Numbered from the stretch's first letter, positions 25,718-39,020 are shown. The stretch is DNA of 64,000 bases from Lama glama (GCA_028534125.1 CM052816.1:49912001-49976000), one strand, 5' to 3'. The notes: generated by a model not told the origin, from the sequence alone. Numbers and translations: made by a program.

Positions 25718-26173
25718 TGTGAAAATTAATAAACAGAAATCCCCTTTAAAATAGAGTAAGGAGACCAGAAGGGAGAGTTTTCACATCCTGCCATTTGAGA
25801 TCAGTTGCAGACTGAAAAAAAGAGAGGTACCTTTGCAACTCCAACAGGAAGAAAGTTACTACTTCTCTGCCCAACAGGAGGAAGGAAGAATTTCTCTTTG
25901 CCCAGCAACAGTCCAGCCAATTAGAGACTGTCACAACTCAGCCAATGAAAAGCCACTACACTTTGGACTCCCAGTTTCCTCCAATGGACTCTGTTTATAA
26001 CAGGTTCTCCCAACACCCCTTTCTCTATAAAAGAATATTCCTCTCCTTTGTTCTCTGGATTTGTCTGTGGTTCACCATAGATTACATTTCCTAAATTGCA
26101 ATTCTTTACTGTTCCTGAATAAGCCCTTTTTGCTGGTAAAACAACTGGCTGTTTTTATTGTTTTAGGTCAACA
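25718..26173 (+). mobile_element. ERV1-class solo LTR (MER34/MER39-like)
   Basis: TG...CA termini (tgtgaaaatt...ttttaggtcaaca); two AGCCAAT boxes, a TATAAAA box near 26027 and an aataag poly(A)-like signal, in LTR order. Confidence 0.75.
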
Positions 26174-28796
26174 AGGGCATATCCCTTTAGCAAACACTTC
26201 TTGATGGCTTCACTGTATGCCATCTTCACTGTGTGCCCATGGCAGGTACTATGAGAGAGTATGAGGAAGACAAACGTCAGTCTTTCTCCTCAAGGTACTC
26301 GTGGGGAGGCAAGATGCACCCCCATGGATCATTAGCAAATCAACACCAGACACGTGACGTTCAATAGCCAAGTGTTCTAAAGAGGCTGAGAGGATGACAA
26401 CTGTGTCACCTTGGGACTTCTAGCTCAGAGTCTAGATCTGGACAGACATTTAATTTATTCAGACTGGCTGTCTCTTATTTGCTTAATTTTTAAAAATTAG
26501 CTAAGGAATTCATTTATCTGAGAGGCTGTTCTCTCACTGCTACCCTGAGTTCTACTCATTTATTTTCCCATAAAATATCTTCGAATATAAAAAAAGAAAA
26601 CAAAAAATAACTTTCAAAATTATGCTTCCCATTCCAGCAATACAAAAGCAGTACGTCCATGTATCCTTATTCCAGCTGCTTTCTAGTAGCGCTGCAACTA
26701 AAATGCTCTATTTATTTAAAGCCTAAATTTAGCATGAGGTGACTGGGCAGCTCAGGACACCGCAGTAAAACGTCAGCGAGTGGTGCTATGAGCCATGGCT
26801 GGTGATGAGAATGTAGGACGTTAGTGTTTCCAGCACGTCTTAAGGCCATGAGACACGTGGAAAAGAAAATAAGAAGTAACAGAGTCTGAGAGGGGACATT
26901 GAGAGTTACCTACAAATAGAAACTGATCTTTTTTTTTTCCTTTTTCTGATTCTTAATCCCCTTCAGACCAAATATCACTGCCATGTGTCAGAAGACCAGG
27001 CACCGTTTCTGTGCTACAGGGTAAACCTGCTGTGCAAACGGAGCTCAGTTTCTAATCCTGTACCAAACATAAAATTAACTTAAAAAATGGCTTTCTGTTT
27101 CAGTTTGTTTGCTCATAAGTTACAAAGCCCTGATAGATATTTGAGGAAAATGAAAGCAAGAGGCTCAAAGTTGTTCAGCGGAGAAAAAGAGCTGCTTTGT
27201 GAAACAGACATTTCTGAGAAACCTCTACCCTCAGCCCCCACCTTAGCCCCACCTCCCCTCTGAAGTCACACACAAGGAGAATGCTCTGGGTTGAGCAATG
27301 CTGTACCACACACAGATGCTGACCTGGGAAGGCTATTTCCACCCTAGATGGATTCCAGAGAAATACATTTTGCTTGAGGCTAATCCAGGAGTCTGTTCTA
27401 GCCCAGAGAGGGCCCTTGTGGTCTTGAAAGCCAGGAGACCCAACGAATAATTCAGACAGAGGGTTTGGGTTCACTCTAGGGCAGACCCAAGAACCAGGTT
27501 TGGCCCAAGAGTCTGGGGCCACCCTAACGCCATTTCAAGTTAAAGTCAAACTGATCTGATTTCTCAGGAGCCTTTATAAGAATTCCTGCCAATACTTTTC
27601 CTGCCCTGAGGCCAGAAATAAAGATGTGCTGAGTGCAGGTCCCTGAGGCAATTAGAGTCAGGTCAGGCAGTAGATTGAGAGCTCGCAAAACCCAGGAAGA
27701 GCATCAGGAATCCTGTCTGCCAGTTACCCCGACAGTTTCAGGGTACATTTAGTTTTCAGAGCACTTGTAAGGGCATCAGACTTCAAATCCCTTCGCCTGT
27801 ATCTGATTCACCTGGTGAATCTTTTACCCAACTTTCCTCATCCAAAATTTCTCCTAGAACCAGGGACTGGCCTTGTCCAACCAACCATTCTCCTGGTTTC
27901 TTCGTAAAGCTCCTAGCAGCCCCTAGCTCCTGGGCTGGACCCAGCTTCTGCTTACATAAGGCAGATTTGACCTTCCTTTGTTCCGTGCAGACATCCTTCA
28001 AACAATGGGCATTTCGACACTAACCTGGCTACGTCTAACATGTTTATATCTCTTTAGGTTGGCTATTTTTGGAGTGGTTCTGTCCAGGGATTAATTTGCC
28101 CTTCTTACTCTTACTTTGAGCTCATTGCTCCTAGATCCTTCAACTCAAGAGCTCCCAGAAAACTTGATGGCCAGGGAAGCACTATTTAGAATACTTCATT
28201 GGAAATGCACTTTGGCTGAGAGTTCCCGAGGGACTTACCCCCAAACAAGCCCCCAACGCTCATCCATGCCATCTCAGACACACTGAAACCAGATGCCTTC
28301 TAAACGAAAAAGGAAAGCAGGAAATAGAGCCAAGGGTCCATCTGGCCAAACACCACCCTAATAGAAGCACTTGCTTTTTCATTCCCTGCCTCTAACTCTA
28401 AAAGTGAATGGAAATACTCAGCTTTTCTGTATCTATGGGAAGGTACATATACTTTGTATATGACAAAAGGAATTCTTGTTCTTCAGTTTTCAATTCAGAT
28501 TCTGGTTGATAGAACATGACAAGTACTCCTCTTCCCAAGTCCCTCTCCACCACTTCCAGAAAGTCAAACGAGAGGAGCAAAGAAGCAGCATTGCCTCTTT
28601 TAAGACTGTCAGATGCTTAAGACTGCCAGATTGATAGTACAGCCAACTCAGTGTACTGAAACAGTAAATAAATAAGGTCCATGTGACTTAAGTTAATATA
28701 GCTCCCAAGGGTGCCTTGGGTTCAAGGGCGTAGTTTATGCCCTGCAGAACCTCACTCAATTAAATAATAAACATAAAGTAGCAGAAAGCAGGCTCT

Positions 28797-29070
28797 GAAT
28801 CAACGAGTTCCTACTGAGAGCTGACACTCTGCTTTGCACTGAGGGATGCAGATGCCAGGGTCCGTAACTTCAAGAAGCCTGTAGTCTAGTTGCAGAGAGA
28901 GATTCATACTGAAGAGCAATACAGCCGAGGACTAAACAACAGGCAATTAGGTGCCACAGTTTTTCTGAAGCAAGGGAAGACAGAGAGAGAGAGTCGTGCG
29001 CTGGACCCTGGAGGGCAGGACTGTGGACAGTGAAGAGACAGAAACGGAAGGAACCTCTTGGAGGTGGAAC
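28797..29070 (-). mobile_element. L2 LINE 3' fragment
   Basis: aatcaacgagttcctactgagagc...gcactgagggatgcagatg...tcaagaagcctgtagtctagttg. Confidence 0.55.
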
Positions 29071-30574
29071 AGACATGGTCTGTCCATGGACTGTCAAGAG
29101 GCCCAACTGATCAGAGCAGGCCATCTGTGCTGTGTTAATAATATCAAAAGTACCGTTTTCAGATTATGCCAAACAGAGGGAAGAACATGTTGATCTAATG
29201 AATATATACATGAATGTGAAAAAAGGTCTGATTTATTTTCCTCTGCCCATCTATAATATATTCATGAAGTTGCTTCAGAAACCATACCATGCTTATAAAC
29301 ATCAAACTGGGGGGTGGGGCTGGAAAGAAAGAAACATTTTTAAATTATAGCCATTATTTTATGATCTTCTTGTCTATATTTAACCTAAAGCTTTTCTAGT
29401 GTTGACCATGATTACTTAAGCCCTTTCCTTTCCTTCCAACTGTTGACTTTTCAGCCTGAGAGTACAACTCAATACCATTTATTCTATAAAACTGGCCAAG
29501 TCCAGCTGACTGAAAATACAGTATCAGGATCATATAGGATTAAGAGAAAGAAATGAACCAAAAGAGGGAAAGGAAAGCACTTCTATGTAATAAGTTTCAT
29601 GTTACATTTAAAACAAAACATTCAGTCCATAGGGTTCCATCTGCCACTAACAAGGCAAAGGATCTTAGTAAGAGGAAATAATGATACGACTTAAATAGTT
29701 CTGATAAATGAGGTGTAAAAACACTTGTGAATATATTTTGAACACAGACATTATCTTAGCATTTACTCTTTTCTGTTTTATAGATACAGGATTGTATTTT
29801 TCTATAAAATGAATACTGCTCAAATTGACTCTTCTTCTTCTCATTAAAATTGAATTTTTCCCCTTGGAGAAAAGCTTCATGCCTATAAAAATTTTAGGCA
29901 AAATCTGAAATTAATGAATAAAGAATGTATATGACCTTGGAACAGTCCTTGGGCAGCTGAGGCCATCCTGCTGTGTAATTCACCAGCCACCTGAGATGTG
30001 TTCTTCTGTCTGGACACTGCTCACTGCTTTTGTACTTTGTGAAAAAGCTCACATGAGAAATTAGCAGCCTTCTGCTCAGAATGCAAGGCCCCCGTACGTA
30101 ACACCACATATCAGAAAAGTAAATGTGAAATATTTCCCTTGTCCTTTGATAAGCTATTCTTCATTGAATTCTAGTCTGAGCTGCTTCTCAGTCAGCACCT
30201 GTGGACAAGGACACCAGTGACTGGTCCCTGAGTTCTCCCACAATGGCTGATCAGCCAGGAAGACACTCCCCAAGTGCCACCCGAGAGAAAGATGTGCCAC
30301 CTCCCTGCCCTTCCTGAAATAGACAGAGCAGATCTGTATTCAGATTAGTGCCCCAAAATTCCAAAGGAAAATCCTAAATAGGAAAACATATATTTTTATA
30401 AGTCTAAACAGTCTATGGAAGCAAGCAGAGTGCTCCCATGACACAGATCCGTGAGCCACCTTAAGAAAGACAGTCAATGGGAACCTCCTAGTTTTCACAA
30501 AAGGCACTATAACCCCTAAGTTATGCAGATACAACGAGAGAGGAGGAGTTGTTGACAGCAGCCCTCTGGGCTTC

Positions 30575-30790
30575 AGCACTAACTGCCCACCTCAGGAAGT
30601 CACTTCACCAGGCTTGGTCTCAGAGTTCACATTTGTGAAATAGGGCAATAATTCCACATTTCCAGGTTGTTTTGACAATTACAGATAATATATTTAATAG
30701 AAGATAATATATTTATCTGTAATACAACTCATTCAAAAAGCATTTCAAAAATTATAGCTATTCTTATCTTAGCAATTATTATTATTATTA
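30575..30790 (+). mobile_element. MIR SINE fragment
   Basis: ggaagtcacttcacc...tctcagagttcacatttgtgaaataggg...aggttgttttgacaatta. Confidence 0.6.
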
Positions 30791-31824
30791 TCATCACTAC
30801 CACTTTTATCATTGACCCACCATTGAGAAATTAGAAGCTAAGAGACATGACTTGCTGTGTTTTCAAAACCCACTATCCTACCAGCTTTGGAAGCAGGGAT
30901 CCTCTGTCTCACCACATTAACATCTTTTTTTTTTTTTTTTTTTGCAGCTAGTACTAGACTCTTCCCGGGCACACAGAATATTTTTCTTTTTATGGAAGTG
31001 AAATGCAGTATTACAAAGATGCTTTTAATCAGAAACAGGCCACCTAAGCAAGAAACATCTCCTCAATAGGACATAAAATACTATGGTTCCATCATTTTGC
31101 CACGATGCGGGCAACATGCCGGGAAATGCTTTTGCCCACTTTTCACTCGTTGTCTAATCAATTTTTATTCTTTACATAGTCACATGTAATGGAGTTGGAA
31201 ATGACTAAATAAAGCGAAAGATGTTTTGAATTGCATTACTAAGTGATAGCTGCATTATTTTATAAATGAATAGTGCTACCGACATTCATATGATTTATGA
31301 ATCAAAGTGTCATTTGGGGGAAAACATCAGTGTCAGATTTTGCATTTAAATGCCTGCATTAGCTGTCAGCTGTGCAAAGTCCCATAAAGACAAAGAGCTC
31401 CACAGTAGGCACACAGATGAGGGTATTCATGGCCCCATGTTTGCAAGGAGATGTGATACTGTAATCATGAAGATTTCTGTGGTCAACTCCCTTCCAGCTT
31501 ATCTAAAAGTTCCTAACCTCTCTTCAAAAAGCAGCCATATTTAAATGATCCATACTAAGTAAGCACAGTCTTTCAAGCCTTCAGAAATTCTTTTCTTTTC
31601 ATTCTAGCTCTACGTGAAATTCTTCCTTATTGTTTACTTTTGGAGCAATTAAAAAAATAAAATTTAATAGACTCTATAAGATACTGTAGCATATAAGTCT
31701 GATATTTATATTGAAAATTCTAGATCTTTATTTCTGTGCTACTGCAACCTCCCCAATTAGTGAATACTGATTAAGTATTATTACTCTGCTGTGTGATACT
31801 AGCAGTGGCAGCAGTAGTGCACGC

Positions 31825-31825
<1 letters not shown>

Positions 31826-31863
<38 letters not shown>

Positions 31864-31876
31864 CGTGTGTGTGTGC
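31826..31876. repeat. Compound (TG)n(CG)n(TG)n microsatellite
   Basis: Uninterrupted purine-pyrimidine alternation of 51 bp with an internal CG run. Confidence 0.95.
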
Positions 31877-32064
31877 CCAGGCACACTTGCAGTCTGAAAT
31901 AGTAAGGGAAGAAAAGAAGGAAGGGAAGAGAAGAGATTGGGAGAAGACTTACGCCATCAAATGTTAAAAGTGTTAGTTTGGTGAAAGTTATCAAATAAAG
32001 CACAACTCAAGGAAACAACTAGAGAACTATAAAATTGGCACTATCTTTAAACACATATTTTACT

Positions 32065-32330
32065 TCTCATTCCTTTACTCAACTCCTTCTGTATGCTGAG
32101 CACATTGTTGAGCCAGGCACAGTGGACCTACGTGAGCCATGGTGCTGGCCTTCAAGGAATGAGTCAGAGGGTGGAGAAACTGAGGCACTACAGAGATATC
32201 AACAAACACACTCTAGAGTTGTAAACGGAACACATATTTTAACAGAATGGCACCCAAGGTTTCCCTGGCAGACAAAGAGGGAGACCCTTAACTTAGCTGG
32301 TAGAGGGACAGGCTGTGTCAGAACAATGCA
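32065..32330 (-). mobile_element. L2 LINE 3' fragment
   Basis: tcattcctttactcaac...tgctgagcacattgttgagccaggcacagtg...ggccttcaagga. Confidence 0.55.
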
Positions 32331-32667
32331 GCATTGGTACTGATGCTTGGAGGATGACTATGTGACATCCAAGGATGGATGAGAAGAGGAAACACCACAG
32401 GCAGAAGGAATTCTGTGAGGTGTAAGACCATACAAAACTGCAGAAAACTGCGAACGGTTTGCCTGGAATATAAAAAGATGACAAAAGGCAACTCTGAAAA
32501 TAGACAGGGAAAGAACCTGTGGAAACAAACAGCAACAACAAAAGTAACAGCCCAGAAGTAGAAACAAGTCTAAGAAGGGAAGAATCACCAGTCGCATGGT
32601 CAGGTTATACTGTCAACATGTGAAGAGCTTAAGTGGTGAGGGGGAACCAGAGTAACACAGAGAGAAG

Positions 32668-33003
32668 AAGCCTCAGACCTGAATGTAGACAGAGGTTAAT
32701 GAGGAAAAGCTGCCGGGCGTGGAAGAGCCAGAGCTGGCAGGGTGATGGCAGGTGAGGGTGCACACCCCATGTTTAAGGGAGCAACACTCTCCAACCAAGC
32801 CAATTGCTGCTGTAGTTGAATATACTCCCAACACCGCCTGGTCCCTTGACTTACGAAGAAGCAAGGAATCCATATATTTATGTGCATTCCATCTATTTTT
32901 AAATATTGGCAACTATTAAAAAAAATTTTTTTTTAATTCAGACCTAAAAAAAAGGTAACTGTGAGCCAGGTCTGGCCCACTGATTTCCATTTGGTGTCCT
33001 CTG
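32668..33003. mobile_element. MER102-like hAT-Charlie MITE
   Basis: ccaattgctgc...gaagaagcaaggaatcc...tttttaaatattggcaact...gccaggtctggcccac...cctctg. Confidence 0.6.
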
Positions 33004-33545
33004 ATCTCACCTAGTACTACGCACACAGGAGAATGCCAGGAGACATTTTGCTGACAGAGTAAAACTAAGAGTTTTAGTCATATGAAACATGACTTGAGGC
33101 AGAAGATAAAGATTCAATTCATGAAATTCTGTACCTGATTCAAATATGTGCAAAGTGAAATATATTTTGGGTGCAACAGGATACCACGTTCAGAAATACT
33201 TTGGAGAGAAATCATAAGATTAACCCAATTAGTTAGAATTATAAATTATATGGCTGTTCATATAATGGCCAGTTAATGTTTGATTTCAAAGAAAGAAAAT
33301 GCTATTTCATTCATTTTTATCATCTGGCAAGTGGTTATTTTTCTTTCAGATGCGCAGCCTTGCTGGAGAAGGCTGAGCCATTCCATGTCCACGTACTCTG
33401 GTCCCTCTGCCTCCTACCTTACAGGCAAGCGTGGATGGGGCACCTCTTTACTGCAGCTTCCAGCTCTCGGAAGCCCGATCCTGATGACGCTGGCCTTGGT
33501 TGAGCTTTTCCAGCAAATACTGATGTAATGCATCATTTTGCTTTT

Positions 33546-34723
33546 TTTTTTTTTAATATTTTTTATTGATTTATAATCATTTTACAATGTTGTGTCAAAT
33601 TCCAGTGTAGAGCACAATTTTTCAGTTATACATGAACATACATATATTCTTTGTCACATTTTTTTCTCTGTGAGCTACCATAAGATCTTGTGTATATTTC
33701 CCTGTGCTATACAGTACAATCTTGTTTATCTATTCTACAATTTTGAAATCCCAGTCTATCCCTTCCCACCCTCCACCCCCTTGGCAACCACAAGTTTGTA
33801 TGTTATGTCTATGAGTCTATTTCTGTTTTATATTTATGCTTTTTTTGTTTTTGTTTTTTAGATTCTACATATGAGCAATCTCATATGGTATTTTTCTTTC
33901 TCTTTCTGGCTTACTTCACTTAGAATGACATTCTCCAGGAGCATCCATGTTGCTGCAAAGGCAATTATGTTGTCGGTTTTTATGGCTGAATAGTATTCCA
34001 CTGTATAAATACACCACATCTTCTTTATCCAGCCATCTGTTGATGGACATTTAAGCTGTTTCCATGTCTTGGCTATTGTAAATAGTGCTGCTATGAAAAC
34101 TGGGGTGCAGGTGTCATCCTGAAGTAGGGTTCCTTCTGGATATAAGCCCAGGAGCAGGATTCCTGGGTCATATGGTAAGTCTATTCCTAGTCTTTTGANN
34201 NNNNNNNNNNNNNNNNNNNNNNNNNNNNNNNNNNNNNNNNNNNNNNNNNNNNNNNNNNNNNNNNNNNNNNNNNNNNNNNNNNNNNNNNNNNNNNNNNNNN
34301 NNNNNNNNNNNNNNNNNNNNNNNNNNNNNNNNNNNNNNNNNNNNNNNNNNNNNNNNNNNNNNNNNNNNNNNNNNNNNNNNNNNNNNNNNNNNNNNNNNNN
34401 NNNNNNNNNNNNNNNNNNNNNNNNNNNNNNNNNNNNNNNNNNNNNNNNNNNNNNNNNNNNNNNNNNNNNNNNNNNNNNNNNNNNNNNNNNNNNNNNNNNN
34501 NNNNNNNNNNNNNNNNNNNNNNNNNNNNNNNNNNNNNNNNNNNNNNNNNNNNNNNNNNNNNNNNNNNNNNNNNNNNNNNNNNNNNNNNNNNNNNNNNNNN
34601 NNNNNNNNNNNNNNNNNNNNNNNNNNNNNNNNNNNNNNNNNNNNNNNNNNNNNNNNNNNNNNNNNNNNNNNNNNNNNNNNNNNNNNNNNNNNNNNNNNGG
34701 ATTGCATTAAATCTGTAGATTGC
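33546..34723 (-). mobile_element. Relatively young 5'-truncated L1 spanning the assembly gap, with 15-bp TSD
   Basis: Poly-T, then reverse 3'UTR and ORF2 C-terminus (33546-34198); after the gap the ORF2 motif AIYRFNAI (34699-34723); TSD catcattttgctttt 33531-33545 vs catcagtttgctttt 34724-34738. Confidence 0.9.
34199..34698. other. Assembly gap (500 N)
   Basis: Run of N. Confidence 1.
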
Positions 34724-37700
34724 CATCAGTTTGCTTTTGAAATGAAGTTCAAGTGCTTAAAATTCAGAGTCATAGACGTACCCTGGTGGACAACTGTCAC
34801 TGTTCTTCAGAGGTGAGAATAAAGTTGATCAAAGCCTTGTGAACACTGTATATATGCAAAAAGATTTGTAGAAGACAGTACGTAAGAATGCAATATGGTG
34901 CAGTAGGTGCCTCAGAGTAGTAAAAATACGGGTGACATTTTATTGTTTTTGGTTTGCATCTTCTTTGTATTTTTAAGAACTCCTATTACTCAGGAGTATA
35001 TTTAGTCAGTATGCATTACTTGTATTCTGACAAAATAAGACAGATGAGAGAGAAGAAATGGTTTGTAAAATAAATACTGGTTTAATGTGTGAATATGGAG
35101 GAAAAAAAGGATGACTGCTGATGGCCACTCAAGGAGGAAAGTAAGAAAAGAGAAATGCAAAAGATCTCTCCATCCTTGAAGAGAAGAATACAGAAATACA
35201 GATAAAAATGTGTGGAAGTCTATTTAAATGTGGTTGAATTTGTTACTTTTGCTGTTTCATTTCAGTTCCCCTAAATAAGTGAGTAGCTGTAAAACTTAAA
35301 AATGAAAACAATTTGTCTTCTTGTTTTTCATGGGGTATGGGCAGAAGACTAAGCAAAAAGTCCCAAGGGGTAACTTCAGTTCATGTCAGCCCAAATTAAA
35401 ACAAAACCAAACCTGGGGAAGAGAAGGAAATGTGAAGGGCAAATATTTGATATCGGTATAATGTATTAGTCTTGAACTTGAGCTACAGCAGCTGTGAGCA
35501 CAAGTACTGAAATAAACATTTCAGGGCACCAGAAAGTAGCAGTATTCCAGTCAATGTTATGAAATTTCTTTGATGTTCAACACAATAGCAGCAACAACAA
35601 ATATGAAGGAATAAGTAACCCAGATTATGTTACAATCAGCAAATCTGAAAAATTAAGAAGACTAGAAGTCAACAAAATGTTGGTCTCTTTGGGATATTTT
35701 GTTATTAACACTTAGTGTTCCTTTGAGAAGGTGAATAGATCATTAAGGCTCCAGAGAAGCTGGCTGAGAAATGGGAATTCGCACTGGGAATAAAACTTCA
35801 TTTCTTTAGAAACTGAAAATGATGCTAAACAGACCCTCCGTGTGCCTAATGCAGAGATAAATAATGCTAACTGTGTTACCACTTTGGTGTTCCTATTGCA
35901 ATTAATATAACTCTCCAGGGAGAAAACAAGGTATCATGCAAAAGCCCCTGATACGTAAAGCTGAACATTAAATTGAGTCAGATCTTCTCAACTGCCTAAA
36001 CTACACTGTGGGAAGTGTAATATTTGGGACATTAGGGTAACATCAAAGACAATTTTGATACTTCAGGGTATGGTACTCCAACTGCCTGGAAGAATTAAGG
36101 GAACCATTTAAACAATGAGAGAATCTGGCTCATTAAGAAAAATTTGTGCTAGAATAACAAACATAATATGTGCATCAGTCAGCAAGTCCTTTGCTCTCTC
36201 TTGGTCATGCATATGTAATAAGTCACACCTATCATCTCTCCTCTCTCACATTTGCAGTATTGCCTTATATAGCGTCATCTGCCCATGTAATTAATATGTT
36301 CTTCACCCTGTCTTCCAATTCACTAATGTTTTTTCAAAAATTTTAAAAGAACAGGATTAATCATAGCATCACACCCAGTTATACTCCATATGGTAGGTTC
36401 TCCCAAGTGCTGTTTATTATTTATTTTTTAAACTCAGATCCAGGATACAGACACAGCCATATTCCTACACGAATCTCAAAGGTCAGATAATCCATTTCTC
36501 ACATTTTAACTGATGAGGGAGTTTAGGCCAAGTGAGGTTCAGTGATCTTTTAAAAATCATTTACTGCTTATAGTATTTATGCAGAATCTTACACTGGCCA
36601 TTCATTAACTATTTCCCCTGCAGGTACTCCACCTGCAATCTGAAAGGAATAAAGCTATATGCAAGCCAAATTCAGGGGGAGGATATTCAGTGAAATTCAT
36701 TTTTCAAGAACTCTTTGTACTAATGAGTCAAAAATAATAGCATCCATGAAATTAAAACTTAAAGGACTGCATTTTACATAAGAATTTGCACACTCGGATG
36801 CTTTTAGGGCCAGGTAAGTTATAGAATGGGTGAAGTGGTTCATAAGACAATAGAGAAGGTTGTCGACTCTATCTAACTATAAAGACTGTGCCCCTTTCAA
36901 AATGACTTTAATTTCTAAAGTTAAAAAAAAAAAGCTCAAAAAAGCTCTCTGAGTTCCCAATTTCAACCAGAGGCCACCAATTAAGGTATTTTAAATCTCA
37001 CAGGATGAACTGAAGTATCATTTATCACTGAATAAATGAGATACTTTTATTTCATTTCATAGAGGGGAAAAATATGAATTAGATGTTCACCTTATACCAC
37101 ACGCAAAAATAATTCCAAATATTGTAAAAATAAAAGCATTTAAGTCAATAGCATGCAGGAAGTTTATGCTCTGATGCATATGCACAACCTCTGATTCAAA
37201 CACATAGGAATATGATACAGAAAGAAAAAACCAAAACAGGGTAGTAGGATCAAAAGCAAACTAAAATTTCATTTGAATCAGAAACAGGAAAAAAAAAAAC
37301 CTCAAGGCACTGAGCGGGTCCCAAAGTCATGGGTCACCTAAGCCCTGTGTCTAAGAGCAGGCAGTAGTGACCAAGAGTTCAGGTCCTGACGGCAGGTAGC
37401 TGAAAACTGGTCCAGGTGAGTCAGTGACCACAGCTTAAAGTTGCAGACAGGAAAGGCGTTTCCCTCCCATAAAACACACTTAAGAACAACAAGAAAAAAC
37501 TACTCCCAACCATTTCCTAGGGTTCCTGTTTCCACGGAGCAGCTGACTTACACAGGCAACGAACACAGAGCCAGTTAGGATCAAGTCCTAAGTCAAGAGA
37601 CCTGCAGGATTGGTCTCTAGATTTTCCAAATCCTCCAATATCACTGCAGGGAAGAAGCTTTAAGCCATAATTTTAAGACCTAGTTCTGGACTGTGAGAAT

Positions 37701-37869
37701 AAGTAGAAGCAACTGTAAAATTAGCAGCCAAAGATAGAAACTAGAGAATACTTTATGTCTCAAAATATTTCAAATAATTAATATCATTCAGATTTTGTTT
37801 TCTAGCTAAGATAAGAAAGAGTAAACATATATGGAAAAACATGTGCGCACACACACACACACATACATT

Positions 37870-39020
37870 AAAACCTCAAAATGCACTAAGTAGCTCATGG
37901 GATAATGAGGAAACTACAACGGAAATTATGAGACACTTAGAAGCAAGTGACAATGCAAGTACTACAGAGAAAAATGTACAGAATTCATTTATTTGAAAAG
38001 GAAAGTATTTTGAAACTGAGTTTTCTAAAAAGCTAAATGAGTTAAGCATTTCACTCAAGAAACTAGGCAAGGTAAAACAAATCTGAAGAAAGTTGAAACA
38101 AGAAAATAATAAAATTACTAACTCATACTAGTGAAATGAAAAAACAGAAAAAAATGACCAATGAAATCAAAACCTGATTTGCTGAAAAAACAAATAGAAA
38201 TAAGACTAACCAATTAAACAAATACAACACAAACATTATTAGGAATGAAAAAAGACAGATTTATATTTATAAAGCATATTTTAAAACCAAATCAAATTTA
38301 GGGACTGATCTGACATAAATATAGAAGCCAAAATCTTAAACAATACATTATCTAAATGAGTAAAGTTGTACATAAAATAATATATCATGACCTAATTCTG
38401 TTTATGCTGGGAATACAAGAAGAGTTCAATAATGGAAAAATATTAAGTATTACTTTCATGAACAGATGACAGGGAAAACCACATGATCATAACAATAGAT
38501 GCAGAAAGAGTAAAGCATTTCATAAACTTCAACATTTATGATCTTTTAAAAATACAAATGTAGATAATTCTTAGACTGTAAATCTTAGCCAATGCAATAT
38601 ATTGGAAATAAAGAAACAAAATGATATGTATTGGCTACCTCTGTGGTTATTGTGGAATTTTCACTAACAGGAGACTTCACAAAGTGTGCAGGGTACAAGG
38701 TCACATCAAAATTATTAAGGTCCTATACACCCATAATAATCAACTAGAAAATGTAATAGAAAAAAAATTCCTTTCCATTGTAGAAAACAATAGAAAAAAC
38801 AAAATCACCATGAAGCCAGGAGTAGAGCTAAGAAAAGATGCAAAGACTTTTGAAGGAGTAATACTTTAATGAAGAACATAAAAACAGACTTGGATAAAGA
38901 AAGATATATTCATGGATGTAAAGGCTTAATATTACAAAGGTGTCAATTCTCCTCTTAATTTTTAAACGTATACCCACAGGTATTATTTGAATTTCATGAG
39001 GATGATATGAAGTCATTTTT
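37870..39020 (+). mobile_element. Ancient decayed L1 ORF2 remnants
   Basis: gaaaaccacatgatcataacaatagatgcagaaa...gcatttcataaacttcaaca (the KNHMIISIDAEKAFDKIQH motif region); ttcatggatgtaaaggcttaatattacaaaggtgtcaattct. Confidence 0.75.

Noticed and set aside
28600..28631. Short spaced or tandem repeats (also 14226-14255, 44503-44533, 61392-61412) as CRISPR-like or regulatory arrays
   Set aside because: Only two units each; ordinary slippage duplications in eukaryotic DNA.
34168..34726. 171-179 aa ORFs
   Set aside because: Artefacts of translating through the N gap.
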